DNA of 64,000 nt, from the NCBI GenBank assembly GCA_964016885.1, contig OZ024741.1, forward strand, positions 205,220,001 through 205,284,000. Reading direction: 5' to 3'. This stretch comes from Eledone cirrhosa (lineage: Eukaryota). The notes below the pieces were generated by a model. The model had not been told where the DNA came from. It was given only the letters and a program-made list of their open reading frames with translations, and did not search any database. The position numbers were made by a program, and so were the translations under genes. Positions 26,450 to 40,405 of the stretch are shown here, piece after piece. Position 1 is the first letter of the stretch; every line of letters begins with the position of its first letter.

Positions 26450-27480
26450 TAGTCTCTAATTTAGATACAAGGCCAACAACTTTTTGGGAGAAGGAGAAAG
26501 TCAGTTATACTGACACAGTATTTAACTGGTATTTTATTTTATTGATACCAGAAAGATGAAAAGCAAAGCATTTTGTTCAATGCTCTAGTGATGCTGCCAA
26601 TCCACTGCCCATAAAGGATTTCTAATTTTCGCACAAAACAAGCAATTTTTCTGGAAGTTGATTATACCAATCTCAGTATTTGATTGGTACTTTATTTTAT
26701 CAACCTCAGGAAGATGAAAGGTAAAGTTGACCTCAGCAAAATTTTAACTCAGAATGTAAGGACTTAGAAAAAAATAGTTTGCCCAACATTTTGCCTGATG
26801 CAGTAACAATTCTGCCAATAGAATAGTAATTTTGGCACAAGGCCAGTAATTTGGGGAGGAAAGAAAAACCAATTAAATCAACTCCAGCATTTTACTGGTA
26901 CTATATTCTATCGACCTTGAAAGGATAAAAGACAAAGTTTGACCGCAGTGGGATTTGAACTCAGAACAAAGAACAAGAACAAATGCTTGTTCAACGCTTT
27001 AATGACTTTGCCCATAAAGATTTCATTGATCAATAATAATGATTTCTAGTATAGGCACATGGTCAGTAATTTGTGGGGGGGAGGGGAAAGTCGATTAAAT
27101 CAACACCAGTGTGTTACTGGTACTTTATTTTATCAACCCTGTAAGGATGAAAGGCAAAGTTAACCTCAGCGGGATTTGAACTCAGATCGTAAAGGGACGT
27201 AACTACACTGGAAAGCATGTCTGACCCTCTACCAATACTGCCAATTCACCGCCCTAATAATAATAATAATAATAACGGTTACTGATTTAGTCACACGGCC
27301 AACAATTTTTGGGGAGGGGAAGTTGAAAAATCGACCCCTGTACATTACAGGTGCTTTATTTTATCGATTCTGTAAGGATGAAAGGCAAAGCTAAACTCGG
27401 CGGTAGTTCAACTCAGAACATAAAGAGACGTAACTATGCTGTGAAGCATGGTGTCCGACGCCCTACCGATACTGCCTATA
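26450..27480 (-). mobile_element. Head-to-tail cluster of about five SINE family 2 copies
   Basis: Repeated GGCACAAGGCCAG..CTGGTACTTTATTTTATCGAC..GGATGAAAGGCAAAG..GAACTCAG units separated by (TAA)n or AT-rich spacers. Confidence 0.8.
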
Positions 27481-30400
27481 TAATAATGATAATAATAATT
27501 TCTTTATTAACCACAAAGTGTTTACAAAAGAAAAAATACATTAAGGACAGCACAGGACAGTACAAATATGGGTTTCTGCGGGTAAAAAGGGGAAACAAAA
27601 AAATAATAATGTTAATGATAATTTAAAGTTTGAGAAGTGGTCAGAGTAGCAGCTAGTATATAAAGGTTACAAGTTTTTAACTAATTTAACTAATCATAGA
27701 AATACAAGAGAACATCTATGAAAGCTGTGTGAAGAAGGAAAAACATTTATATTATTATATTATATTGTATTATCTTAGTCACTAATCCATACACAGAACC
27801 AAATTGTGATAAGCATGAAGAGACAATTATTTCTGTTCAGTTAGCCACAAACTAATCGATAAGATTCATTCAACTAGACAATATTAACTTCCCACAAAAT
27901 GGTAACAGAATGAGAGCAGTGGAAAAAAGAAATGAAAAATATAAATAAATAAATTAAAAAGCAACCAATATAGCATTCAGTGTGTGTGTGTGTGTGTGTA
28001 TGTGATAAAGAAAGCTTTATTTTCCCTTTTGCGGTAGTTTTTTTTTTCTACATATACAAACACTATTCATTTTACATATGTTATCAAGAATAGAATTCAC
28101 AAAAAGGCGTGTGGCGGGGGTGGAGGCACAATAAAAAATAGTGTAATTTTAACCTATATTATAACATAAGTGAGTGTATGCATATGTATTTATCTTTATT
28201 TTAGTCAATAAAAATACACTGCAATTAAAAACTATAAGGTGAGGGAAAAAACTCAAATGGGTCAATGACAAGCAAAAATATTTTCAATGGAAATTTGCCT
28301 TAGCTAGAGAAAAGAAACAAAAACCTATTAACAATTGTTATTGACGCTTAAAGAAAAAGGGAGATAATTACAAGAAATTAAGTATTAATTTTGACAAAAT
28401 TCACACAGCTCATATGTGTATTAATGACAGGGGACCAGTTCTAACATGAAAAGCAATGTGAAATGAAGTATCTTGCTCAAGAACACAACGCACCACCCAG
28501 CCCAGGAGTAGAACTCAATAAATTAATCAAAGTTTTGTGAATATTTAAAACCACAACGTTTCAAATAAAGACTAATGGAGATAACTCAATAAATTTAATT
28601 ATAGATATATAGCTTAGCTACAACAGATTTCGATGTTGGCTCAGTTTCATGAAAGCCTGTGAGGCTATGTTACCTTAAATAAGAATAGCAGCAAACAATA
28701 GCCATTGGCCTTTACAGGTAATAATAAACTGAGAGGCCTAGAACTATTATCAAAAGAGAAAAACTTGAACTAAGTAACTATCAGATAATGTTTAAGCTGT
28801 GGAAGAAAATAAATGTAATAATTAAAACAAAACAAAAAAACACAAGCACTTAGAAATTAACTTTTTTATAGCAGATAATGAATGAGAGTGAACTAAAATT
28901 AAATGAGATAGTTTTGGGGTACCAAAGGTAGTAATTCTCCATGAATAGGAGTGTGTGTGCATGTGCATACACAAAGAGAAACTCAATATAAGTTCTATTC
29001 CAAAATACATCTATCTACTATCTAATCCATGAGAATAAACATGTAAACTAAGATCAAAGGTTGTGTGTATTGACTGCAAGTGTACAAGAGTGTGAGAGCT
29101 TGTGTTCAAGAGAATGTGAGAGCTAGTGTACTCGAGTGTGAGTGCAGGTGTTGTAGTGAAACTGTCAGTGACTAGGTTACAAACAGTGCAATGAAAATAT
29201 TGACACCAAGAAAGAAAAGGTAAATACAAAGGGGAAATTAACAGTTTCTTTTGTGTTTTGAATGGCTAAAATAACTCTTCAATAATATATTCAAGGAATT
29301 ATTTTCAAACAATTTTTGTAAATCACTGATGCGCAAATCTTTCAATATTTATTGACTGGTACAGGGATTCCCAACCTGATGTCCACAAAGAAGTAACAAG
29401 GGTCTGATTGAAAATTCATTTAAATAAAAGGGGCTGAAAGGTTTAGAAATCAGTTGACTAGTATTTTCAATGACAAGGGGAAAAAAGGAAAATAAAATTA
29501 ACTTAAAAATGAAGAGAACTCAAACTAACTAAAAAATTATATTTCCAATCTGTTGATAAGTGCATTATTAATTGTTTCTACTTTAGGCACAAGGCCAGCA
29601 ATTACCAGTGCATTACTGGTACTTTATTTTATCGACCCCGTAAGGATGAAAGGCAAAGTCAACCTCGGCGGGATAAGTGCATTATTAATGTTGATTTCTA
29701 AGAGAATCAAGGCTACACATTTCAAGGAGCGAGAACAGTTTATTAAATCGACCTCATTCACCAAACATGAGCTTAATGAGAACGTTAGTTATATTAAGAA
29801 ATATTTCCAAATTCTCAATTTTCAAAATTTTCACTTAGTTTGAGACAATGATAATAATCAGATGATTATTATCAGTCTCAAACTAAATGAAAAAAACATC
29901 TCTCGACCCAAACTAGATCCATGGTAATTCATTATCTTTAACCTTAAGTTTTATAATAAAACTATTTCTTGCTCATCCAGTTCTTATCTATATAAATTGC
30001 CCTTATCTAGTCAACAGGCCAGCAATTTGGAGGAGAGGCTAGTCAAATTGACTGGTACTATATTTTATCAATCCAAAACGAATGAAAGGCAAAATCGACC
30101 TATGCCTTGTGAGTGAAATTGGGTAGAGGGAAATGGTTAGGAAGCCTGTCAAATGAGCTGTGCCTGTAATTCAAAAGGCCAATCATGACACCCAAGCCAT
30201 GCCATGCTGAAACTCTGAGAATTATGTTATGGTTACACGGGTCTTGAAATGCTCAGTCACTTACATGTTAATTTCATGAGCAATAGAGGTTCATTCCATT
30301 TCCATGATAGTTAAATAGATGATATTACTTGATTAGAGCAGGGAATATATATATATAAATACATACCCATGCTAGCGTGGAAGATGGACGTTGAACAATG

Positions 30401-31204
30401 ATTATGATGATATATATATATATATATCATTTCAATCAAGCTGTTGCTTTAAATTTACCAAAGCATTGTCTATAATAGATTTTTGTTTAAGTGTTAAGAA
30501 CATTGGTTTTCTTGATTGCTCTTCTTTAAAAGACTGTTAATAGTAAGCTAAATGTATCAATTCATCTTAGTAACTTGAATACTAAGTACCAAGTAATCTC
30601 TGATCTTACTTTAAAATGGAATGACATTTCACCTTGTCGTGTCCTCATGCACCATTAGATTTAATTTCTGGTCTATAGCATTATCAGTAGACAGGGCATT
30701 TGTGATATTTCACATATTTTTCAACTGATCTCTCTGTTCTATTATATAAAATCTTGAAAACAATTTATATAACATTACATTTCAAATTAACATTAAAAGC
30801 AATGATTTTCAGAATTTAAAGCAACTGCTAAAATGCAAGATTATAAGTAGGTAGTGATAAAACAAAAAGATTGCACATGTGTGTCAACACATCAATATTC
30901 TGAGATAAATTCGGCCTGTGGTTTTGTCTGCCTATCTACATAACTGTCCTCCTAACTATCTATCTATCTAAATAAAGAAAGATATCTATGTGTACATTTG
31001 TCAAACGATAGATACATGGAAATTCAATGAATATAAAATGAAATATAGCAAGGGCTGGAGTGACAAAAGGAAACAAATTTTCAGGCATTTTAATGAAGGA
31101 ATTAAATATATTTTTCAATAAACCCCATCATTTATGCCTACACTCACTCACACAAAGCTTAGTTGTTAGTTTTTGGTTCATGATTTAGAATCAAAGCGGT
31201 GCAT

Positions 31205-31335
31205 GTTATATATATATACACAAACTTATATAAATATACATACATATACATACACACACACAAACATATAAATATACATACATATACATACACACACACA
31301 CACACACACACAAACATATAAATATACATACATAT

Positions 31336-31388
<53 letters not shown>

Positions 31389-31502
31389 TACATAAACATA
31401 TATATACACATATACAAACATATATATATATATATATATACACACACATACATAAACATATATATACACATATACAAACATATATATATATATATATATA
31501 TA
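31205..31502. repeat. (TA/CA)n compound microsatellite
   Basis: Direct inspection; includes a 60 bp unit duplicated at 31381 and 31441. Confidence 0.95.
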
Positions 31503-33160
31503 TTAAAAAAAATGGTAAGGCGGCCGGACCATCGGGAATAGTTGCTGAGATGCTGAAGGCATCAGGGGACGTAGGCACTAAACTGGTTGCACGCATCATC
31601 AATCAGGCTATATATGGTGGTGTCATACCCAAAGACTGGTGCAGCAGTATTCTCATAAATTGCTACAAAGGTAAAGGGGATGCTTTGGAGAGGAGCAATT
31701 ATAGGGGTATAAAACTGATAGATCAGGTTATGAAAGTGGCAGAAAGGATTTTAGCACAACTAATTAGAGAAAGGGTCAAACTAGATGAGATGCAGTTTGG
31801 TTTTGTGCCTGGGAAGAGTACAACAGATGCCCTCTTCTTGGTGAGACAAATGCAAGAGAGGTTCTTAGAGAAGAATAAGCCACTATACTTAGCCTTTGTT
31901 GACCTAGAGAAGGCCTTTGATAGGGTACCCCGATCTGTCATCTGGTGGTCCCTAAGGAAGCTAGGTGTTGAGGAATGGCTTGTGAGGACAGTGCAAACTT
32001 TGTACAGAGGTACTCTCAGTAAAGTCAGGGTGGGAATGGAGTTTAGTGAGGAATTCCAGATACAAGTAGGAGTACATCAGGGTTCGGTCCTCAGCCCGCT
32101 CTTGTTCATTATAGTCCTCCAAGCCATAACAGAGGAGTTTAAGACTGGCTGTCCATGGGAACTTCTCTATGCTGACGATCTGGTTCTTATAGCAGAATCA
32201 GTAGAGGAGCTAGAGAATAAATTCTGGCTATGGAAACAGCAGTTGGAAGCAAGAGGACTGAGAGTGAATCTAGCTAAGACAAAAGTGTTGATGAGTAGAA
32301 AAGAGGACAAAACCCTGATTCCGTCAGGGAAATGGCCATGTTCGATATGCAGAAAAGGAACTGGCATAAATTCTATAAAATGCACACAATGCAGATCCTG
32401 GGTACACAAGAGATGTAGCGGGATAGCAGGCAAACTAACAGGTAGGGAGAAATATGTATGCCGTAGATGTACAGGGAAATTAGACAGTAGAAGTCGCACT
32501 GATAGACACATTTTTCAAATGCGAGAGGGCGCTATAGAAGTGGTGGATAGCTTCCGGTACCTAGGAGATCAGATTAGCATGGGAGGAGGGTGTTCCGAGG
32601 CCATAGTATCTAGAATAAGGACGGGTTGGAAGAAGTTTAGGGAGCTGCTGCCTCTGTTGACGAAGAAGGGTTTCTCCCTGCGTACGAAAGGCCGGTTGTA
32701 TGATGCCTGTGTGAGGAGCGCGATGCTGCATGGTAGTGAGACATGGGCAGCAACCGCAGAAGATATGCGACGGCTGGAGAGAAATGAGGCAAGCATGCTC
32801 CGTTGGATGTGCAGTGTAAATGTGCGTGAACGACCCAGCATAAATGTGTTGAGAGAGAAACTGTGTCTGAGAGGGATAGAATGTAGTGTACGGGAGAGGA
32901 GACTGAGGTGGTATGGACATGTGATGCGCATGGAGGATGACCGATGGGTGAAGAAGTGCCAGGAAATGCCAGTTGAAGGAAGACGTGGTAGAGGTAGACC
33001 ACGAAAAACATGGGCGGAGGTGGTGAGAACAGACCTCAGATCATTGAAGCTCACGGTGGAGATGACGAGGGACCGTGACGAGTGGAGAGATGCTGTGCTG
33101 AATAAGACCCGTCCCACCCTTGCAAGCAGGGAAAAGCGGACGTAAAATGATGATGATGAT
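31503..33160 (+). mobile_element. 5'-truncated RTE LINE family 1 (uninterrupted RT ORF 31550-33145 containing a PHD finger)
   Basis: NYRGI, QFGF, DLEKAFD, GVHQGSVLSP, YADD, FRYLG, LRWYGHV and GRPRKTW motifs. The ORF stop is followed directly by (GAT)n. Confidence 0.95.
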
Positions 33161-33232
33161 ATACACATACATACACATAAATATAAACATATATATATAC
33201 ACATATACAAACATATATATATATATATATAT

Positions 33233-34101
33233 TAGCTAGAGTCAGAACTGGTTGGAAAAAGTTCAGAGAGCTTATACCACTATTAGCTGCTAAAGGGTTC
33301 TCCCTAAAAATGAAAGGCAGGTTGTACGATGCCTGCATACGAACAGCAATGTTGCATGGCAGTGAGACCTGGGCATTGTGTGCAGAGGATATACGCAGAC
33401 TAGAGAGGAACGAAGCTTGCATGCTCCGCTGGATGTGTAACAGTAATATACGTGAACGGCAAAGCATAAACGAACTAAGGAAAAAATTAGAAATAAGAGG
33501 GATCAGATGTTGTTTACTCGAGAGAAGGCTACGTTGGTATGGACACGTGATGCGCATGAAAGTCGATAGCTGTATAACAAAGTGCAGGGCAATAAAGATA
33601 GACGGTAGCCACGGAATAGGCAGACCTAGAAAAACCTGGGACGAGCTGATAAACTCCGACCTCGCACTTACACCTCTCCAAGACAATGTCACTGGACCGA
33701 GACCTTTGGCGGTACTCAGTAACAGAGAAGACCCGCCTTACCTAAATACATAGTAAAACCTACTACAGCCAGTAGGCATCTAACAAAATACCCCCCCGAC
33801 CCATCCACGCCACCCCGTTCTATGTAAAGTTGTGTTGGTGCCACACCATCCAGGCCGAAACAAATGAGATCATGTAGGTGTCACGACAAAAAAACACACA
33901 GTCCACGCTGTAATGTGGCCGTGTAGGCAACACGGTAAAAACCTCCCAGACCCACACTGTAAATGTGGTTGGTGTTAGGGAGGGCATCCAACTGTAGAAA
34001 ACCTGCCAGACAGTCCTATGCGAGCAAGACAATCACTCTTGCCTCAAGTGGGACTACCCCCGTCCAAACCCATGCAAGCGTGGAACACGGACGTTAAACG
34101 G

Positions 34102-34134
<33 letters not shown>
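33233..34134 (+). mobile_element. 5'-truncated RTE LINE family 2
   Basis: Near-identical to ~55082-55988; long 3'UTR and (GAT)n tail. Confidence 0.93.
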
Positions 34135-34186
34135 CATACATACACATATACAAACATATATATATATATATACACATACATGTGAT

Positions 34187-34520
34187 GGAGGCACATGGCT
34201 TAGTGGTTAGAGCATTGGCCTTGCAATCGAAAGGTTGTGAGTTCAATTCTCAGACCGGGTGATGTGTTGTTTCCGTGAGCAAGACACTATTTCACATTGC
34301 TCCAGTTTACTCAGCTGTAGAAATGAGATGATAGGGACTGGGGTCCATATAATTCCACTGCAAAGTGGTCGTGGAGGTGCCACGGCAAAAAAGCACCCAG
34401 CACTCACTGTAAATGAGGTTGGTGTTAGGAAGGGCATCCGGCTGTAGAAATCAAGCCAGAATCCGTTCCCATCCCACCTTTGCAAGCAGGGAAAAGTGGA
34501 CGTAAAATGATGATGATGAT
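34187..34520 (+). mobile_element. tRNA/CORE/RTE SINE (copy 2)
   Basis: Near-identical to 807-1152; sits within a microsatellite. Confidence 0.9.
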
Positions 34521-34729
34521 ACACATACATACACATAAACATATATATATATATATATACACACACATACACATATATATATATATACTTATACATTTAC
34601 TTACATATATATATCCTTACATATACATATAACCTAAAATTAGTCAAATACTTCAAATATTGTAAATATAGGGGGGAGGGGGGTGTAACTATAACTATAA
34701 AAAAAAAAAAGCAGATACTGCAGGTAAGT

Positions 34730-35005
34730 TTCAAGACCTTTGCTTGAAACATAGAACCACTACAACAAAGGTACACTGAACCAGGAGGAATTGAAATCCC
34801 TGAGACACAATCAATACTGAACCTGGGTATTGACATGAGCAATGATGAATTGTTCCATGCACAGATGGCAATGTGCAGATGATTGGACTGGCAGGTTGGA
34901 TTCGGAGGACTTTCAGGAGAAGAGACCTGGAAACAATGTTGGTCCTCAGCTGTGGTCACCCCCACAGTGTGAAGTTAACTGCAGAACTTGAAGCAATCCA
35001 ACATT
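34730..35005 (+). mobile_element. CR1/L2-group LINE fragment
   Basis: Similar to ~22310-22497 (GGAATTGAAATCC..CCTGGG.ATTGACATGAGCAATGATG..GGCTGG). Confidence 0.6.
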
Positions 35006-38000
35006 CATCTCTCTCTCTCTCACGGAGAGAGAGAGAGAATAAGCAATGAACTATCTTCCTTGAAGAAGTTAGGTTGTGGTAGTCAAAGGGAATAATATGA
35101 GAAAATGTTGAAAATAATATTAGCATTCAAAAATAAAAAGGACAGTGTGGAGATAGAATAAATGTTAAATCTTTGGAAACTCTCCACTAGCATACATACA
35201 AACTGTTGCATAATTAACCACATAAGAGTAACTATCAAATCATCAAGAACAAAAGTTTAAATAGAATTAAAAGAAAAAGAAACTCAGTAAACAATTCAAA
35301 ATTAAGAACCATGTTTTGCATTCTGAACACATTTACATTTACTACTTTCGCAAACTCGGACACTGTCGCCCATAATGCAGAGAGGTGGAAGATATTGGGG
35401 TTTAACCGATCGGGTACTTGGACTGGCATTTTCCCTTGCAAAATCAGGAGTCTAATGAGGTGAATGGCTCATTGCTAGCTGTTCTATATGGTGATGCTTT
35501 CGCCATCTTCACTACAGAGTACAGCTGAGATATACTGTCTAGCCATGATTTTAGAATCTACCCCTCTTTTTCATTTTTTCTCTTCCTGTTTATTACTTTA
35601 ACCCTTTTTTTTAAATCCATTCATCATTGTATACATTGTATACAACAATAAATTCATACTACTTTCTTACTACCACAATGCCCATTGATAATGGTACTAA
35701 CCATTTGTTTCCAAGTCAAATCTTATATCTCCAAACAAAATCAAACCATTAAGACATATTACCTACTACTCAGTTTATCAACAGATTGCCTCTAATCCCA
35801 ACTCTTTCATTCACTGACCATTTATATGAATGTAGTGATAAGGGAGGGGCTTTTCAGCTTAAGCCTTTTGATACCAAGCTGCTGCTACTTCTTTGAGAAA
35901 AAGCTATTTATCTTTAAGTGTTTATATTTATCTAAAACCCTTCCATCATAATTTCATGTCAGAATCAGTTTAATAATGAGAAAGTTTGTTATTTTACTAA
36001 ACCGCTTTACATTTTTGCTTATTTTCAAAATAGTTTTAAAATCATAGGCAATGTATTGTATGAAAAATCATCATCATAATATAGTGGGGAAAAGGGTAAA
36101 GGTTAAAAAAAAATGTCATTCTTCTTGAATGAATAAACATTGTTTAGAACCCAAGCCAGCCATGATGCCCTAGACCTGCAACCAAAAAACTTTCAGCCAC
36201 CACCCTTGTTACTGTTTTAGGTACTTCAAACTATATTACTCAATGCAACCATATTTCTTTTAAAGGTGGCAGGGTGTAACGTGAGAGTGATTTAGCTATT
36301 ATTTATAGCAGGTCAAGCAATCACATATAGACACAACTACCAAACAAGTATCATTACAGACACACTTTAAAATTTGAAGATGAAAAAAAAAAAGCATTAG
36401 AACAAGATCATTAGACATTATTTTCCCATATCAACATGACTGATTTTTTATTTTTTTTAAGAGGAGGTAAAAAAGCAAGTTGTGACATTCGTGTTCTTTT
36501 TTTTCTTCTGAAGAGTTACTAGTAAGAATAAAATCCTCGTGAAAGTTTGGAAAAAAATATTACCATACATCAAATGATACATCTTTCATTTCCTTTTGGT
36601 GAGTGAATGTTCACACATTTCCTGAGAACAAGTTAAGAGTGCTTCACAGAGCTTTAAGTAGTGCAAGCTATGCACTAAGATGTATTTCAAAATTAATCTA
36701 CTTAAAAACAGAATTTTAGCTTCATAGGACTTTCATTAATTAAAAAATTTATTTATTCATTTTCATTCTATTTTCTTTATTATTATGATTATTGCTTGTT
36801 GTTCATGTTATTTAATGACAAACAAGAGTAATCAGAATCATCAAGCGTTAAAGAGTCAGATTGAAATTTTAATCAAAAGAAAATTTTTTCTTTCAAGCAA
36901 AATTCTCTTCATCTCTTCATTGATATAATAAAATAACTGTAGCAGAAAAATGGCTAAGTAGGTAAGTGGCTGACTTGATAATTTAAAATGACAGGTTAAT
37001 GATTATCATCATCATTATCATCACACACCTACATTCCATGGGTTGTCATAGTCCGAGACTAGACAGATTAGATCGACCCACTTTGTTCACACATTCCATA
37101 TGTGGAATGGTTTCTATGATTAGATGCCCTTCCTGACTAAAACCACATTACAGAGTATATAGGTGCATTTTTCTCTGGCACCATTACTAACACTTTACAG
37201 AGTGCAATGGTTACAATTTATTATGGTATCAGCAGTAGAGAGGTTGTCACATGCTCATCCAGACTGAAAAATGTTCTCAAATCCATTATTGTCTACATTT
37301 GATTGTTAACACTGAAGCTTCTGGTCACTCACTACATTTACTTTCTTTGTAGTGTTTTGTCTAAAACCCTCTGCTCTGCAGTCTAATAGCATGCAAAACA
37401 TGAACAATCTCCACTCATTGTAAAATAATACATATTGTAAAGAGTTTGATTCAATATAATTGTGTGTAATAATGCTGGACTTTTGAATTACAGATACAAC
37501 ACATTTTTTCCAGTTGAGTAGACTAGAGAGTGTAAAATAAAGTGTCTTGCACCGGGAATCAAACTCATGATCTTATAAAGCCTGTGTCTTCTCAACTACA
37601 ACTGCATTACATTTAAAGTTTTTACAGCAATCAGTCCAGTAGTAAAGATACTATAAAGATTTGACAAGTAAGCCAACACTTCAGATAACCTCCTTGACAG
37701 TGACATGACTGAGTAATAAACGGAGACTAAGTTCTTGCATAAAATGAAGTAAAATGCATAAAATTGAAAGCTGAGTAAAAGAATACACTTACAATAGAAA
37801 ACTATACTAACTTGAATTGAGAGAATATATAAATAACTAAGATCTCGGAGGAAATAAATGAAGTAGATTTTTAGATAAAAAATACAAAAATTGGCTTAGC
37901 AAATTATTAGCAACAACCTCATGCTTTTATGTGTGTATGTGTAAGTGTGTGTGTGAATCTTATATGCTGTGTTTATTTTAGTTTTTGTAGGGTTTTACTG

Positions 38001-38239
38001 GTTGGATGATCTTCCTATCACCAACTATTTAACAGCATGACCTGGGTGTTTTTCATTGTGCCAGAGACACTAGAGACACTGCCTGACTGGATTGAAGAGT
38101 TCTCTCTACTGTGCTTCTACACAGACTGCAATCTCCGTGGCTTATGGTGCCCAGTCTACCCTGTGCAGTCTAATTTGTTCAGAGTGACTACACTACTAAT
38201 TGGGGTTCGTGTCTACTCCATATGTAGCATAACTACGGT

Positions 38240-38645
38240 CCACTAAGTGAGCTGCCATGGGTAGGTGGAGGGAAAAAATATGTGCAAAGTGTGATGTTGC
38301 ATGGCAGTGAGACATGGGCAATGAATGCAGATGTGCAAAGGCTATAGAAAAGTAAGGATATTCTGATGAATGTGCAATGTTAATGTATGAACAACAAAGC
38401 ATGAATGAGTTGAGAGAATACTGCATTAGTATGGCCATGTGACGCATATGGATGATGATCATTGGGTGAAGAAGAGCCAAGAATTCTCAGTGGAAGGAAG
38501 CTGCAGTAGAGGGGACCAAGAGCTGATGTCAAATTGCTGAAGCTCTCAGAGAAGATGAAGGTCTGCAAGAAGTGGAGGTATGCTGTGTTGGAAAAAACCC
38601 ATCCAACCCATGTAAGCATAGAAAAACGGACAAAAAACCATGAGG
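38240..38645 (+). mobile_element. Degenerate RTE 3' end
   Basis: MLHGSETWA, YGHV.HMDDD and WRYAVLEKTHPTHVSIEKRT. Confidence 0.7.
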
Positions 38646-39326
38646 ATAATTTTGTATCTATACACAGTATATTCAAAATTTCATACCTTAGGTTTCAGGA
38701 TCCAGTTTTGGCCACTCAAAACTGGCCTCCGATCGGGTGCCCGATGAGAAGCCAGTTTTGCAATGGCTTCTCCACTATACACATGTAACTAAGATTGTCA
38801 ATTGCCTTAACTTGAAAGTAAATACATCCAGAATAAAGCAAAGCCATCCACAAATTCAAGCAACCATAATCCATACACCTACATTGGACCTTACTAACCA
38901 GATCCTAACATCTTAAGGAAGGGTGAAATCATACATCCTTCTAAATGACCCAACCCTCCTGGTAAAACAACCAACACCAGGTACAAATTACTGATATGGG
39001 GATGATGGACATCATCAGGCTAAGCCTAATTATTAAGTAGTTTCTATATAATAATCTGTACCATTACGTAATTGACAAAAAGAATTCATACATAACCAGT
39101 ACAACTCCAAACCTGTACAAACTATAAGTGGTATATAGACACACTGGCACTAACCTCATGTTCAACTGCCAGAACCTGAACTGACTTAACTGAGACATTG
39201 TAATCACCCATCAATCTAATCCAAACTAACCCACATATCAAACAGACAAACCTGAGAAGGAAAGAAACAAACCCATATGTCAAGCCAATAAATAGCTGAG
39301 TGTATACAACTATAAACCAACATTAA

Positions 39327-39720
39327 CCCTTTAATGTTCAAACCGGCCAGAATTCTCTACCTCTTTCTGTTGAAACTGGCTGTAACTGGTCGCTCAAACT
39401 GATGTTAAGGTATTGTTCTCAAAATAAATACTTTCAAAATCTCATAGATTCGATATTATGTGAGATAATTATGCAAGGTAAAGCCTTTACCATGAAAATA
39501 TAATTGTTTCTACTTTAGGCACAAGGCCAGCAATTACTCAGTGCATTACTGGTACTTTAGTTTATCGATCTCGTAAGGATGAAAGGCAAAGTCAACCTCG
39601 GCGGGATTTGAACTCAAATCGTAAAGGGACGTAACTATGCTGGAAAGCATGGCGTCCGACGCTCTACCGATACTGCCAAAAATATAATAATATATATAGA
39701 GTAATGTGAATGCTAAAGGG
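39327..39720. mobile_element. piggyBac-like MITE carrying a nested SINE family 2 copy (39505-39678, minus strand)
   Basis: TTAA flanks; matches 21116-21323. The SINE is flanked by a duplicated AAAATATAAT. Confidence 0.85.
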
Positions 39721-40358
39721 TTAAGCAATACAAAACAACTGAGTATGAACAGAATAAAGGAAAATTAATAACAGTTTGAAGCAATTATACCAGCATAAAA
39801 CAGTAAAATTTACTTAATAAAGCACACTACCCAACAAGCAGCTAAAGAAAAACATGGCTATAAGCTAACACCGAATCAAGACTGGAGAAATAATAGATTA
39901 AAGTAATATGCAACAGTAAGCCCTACTTGACTTGATACATTACCCAACAAACAATCAAAGGTATAAAATAAATACTGAAATATCGTCTTATCCAAGCACC
40001 ATGTGCACATTCTGCTCAACAAGAATGCTGCCAAGTGAATTGTGTTGAGATGACAACATGTGCCCCTACCTGGATGTTGCTGAAGTCAAGGCCACTAACT
40101 CTTTCAGTTTCTATCCTTGACACCAAAGCACTTACCCACAGCATCCATACCCTCCTATAACAAAACACTACTTACAGAAGCTCCCTTCTACTACTCCTTC
40201 ATTCCCGATGTTTAGCCATTCGTTAATCAACTGCAAGCCCTAAATAGCAGTGAACCTTCATAAACACCCCCCACCGTCATGCCAATGCTACGACAAAGCC
40301 ATTGTATCCACATTTCCTATTGAACCCTTCACTAACCATGTGCATTAATAGTATATGT

Positions 40359-40403
<45 letters not shown>

Positions 40404-40405
<2 letters not shown>

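Noticed and set aside
32561-33692. Long antisense ORFs over the LINEs
   Set aside because: Shadow frames of RTE coding sequence
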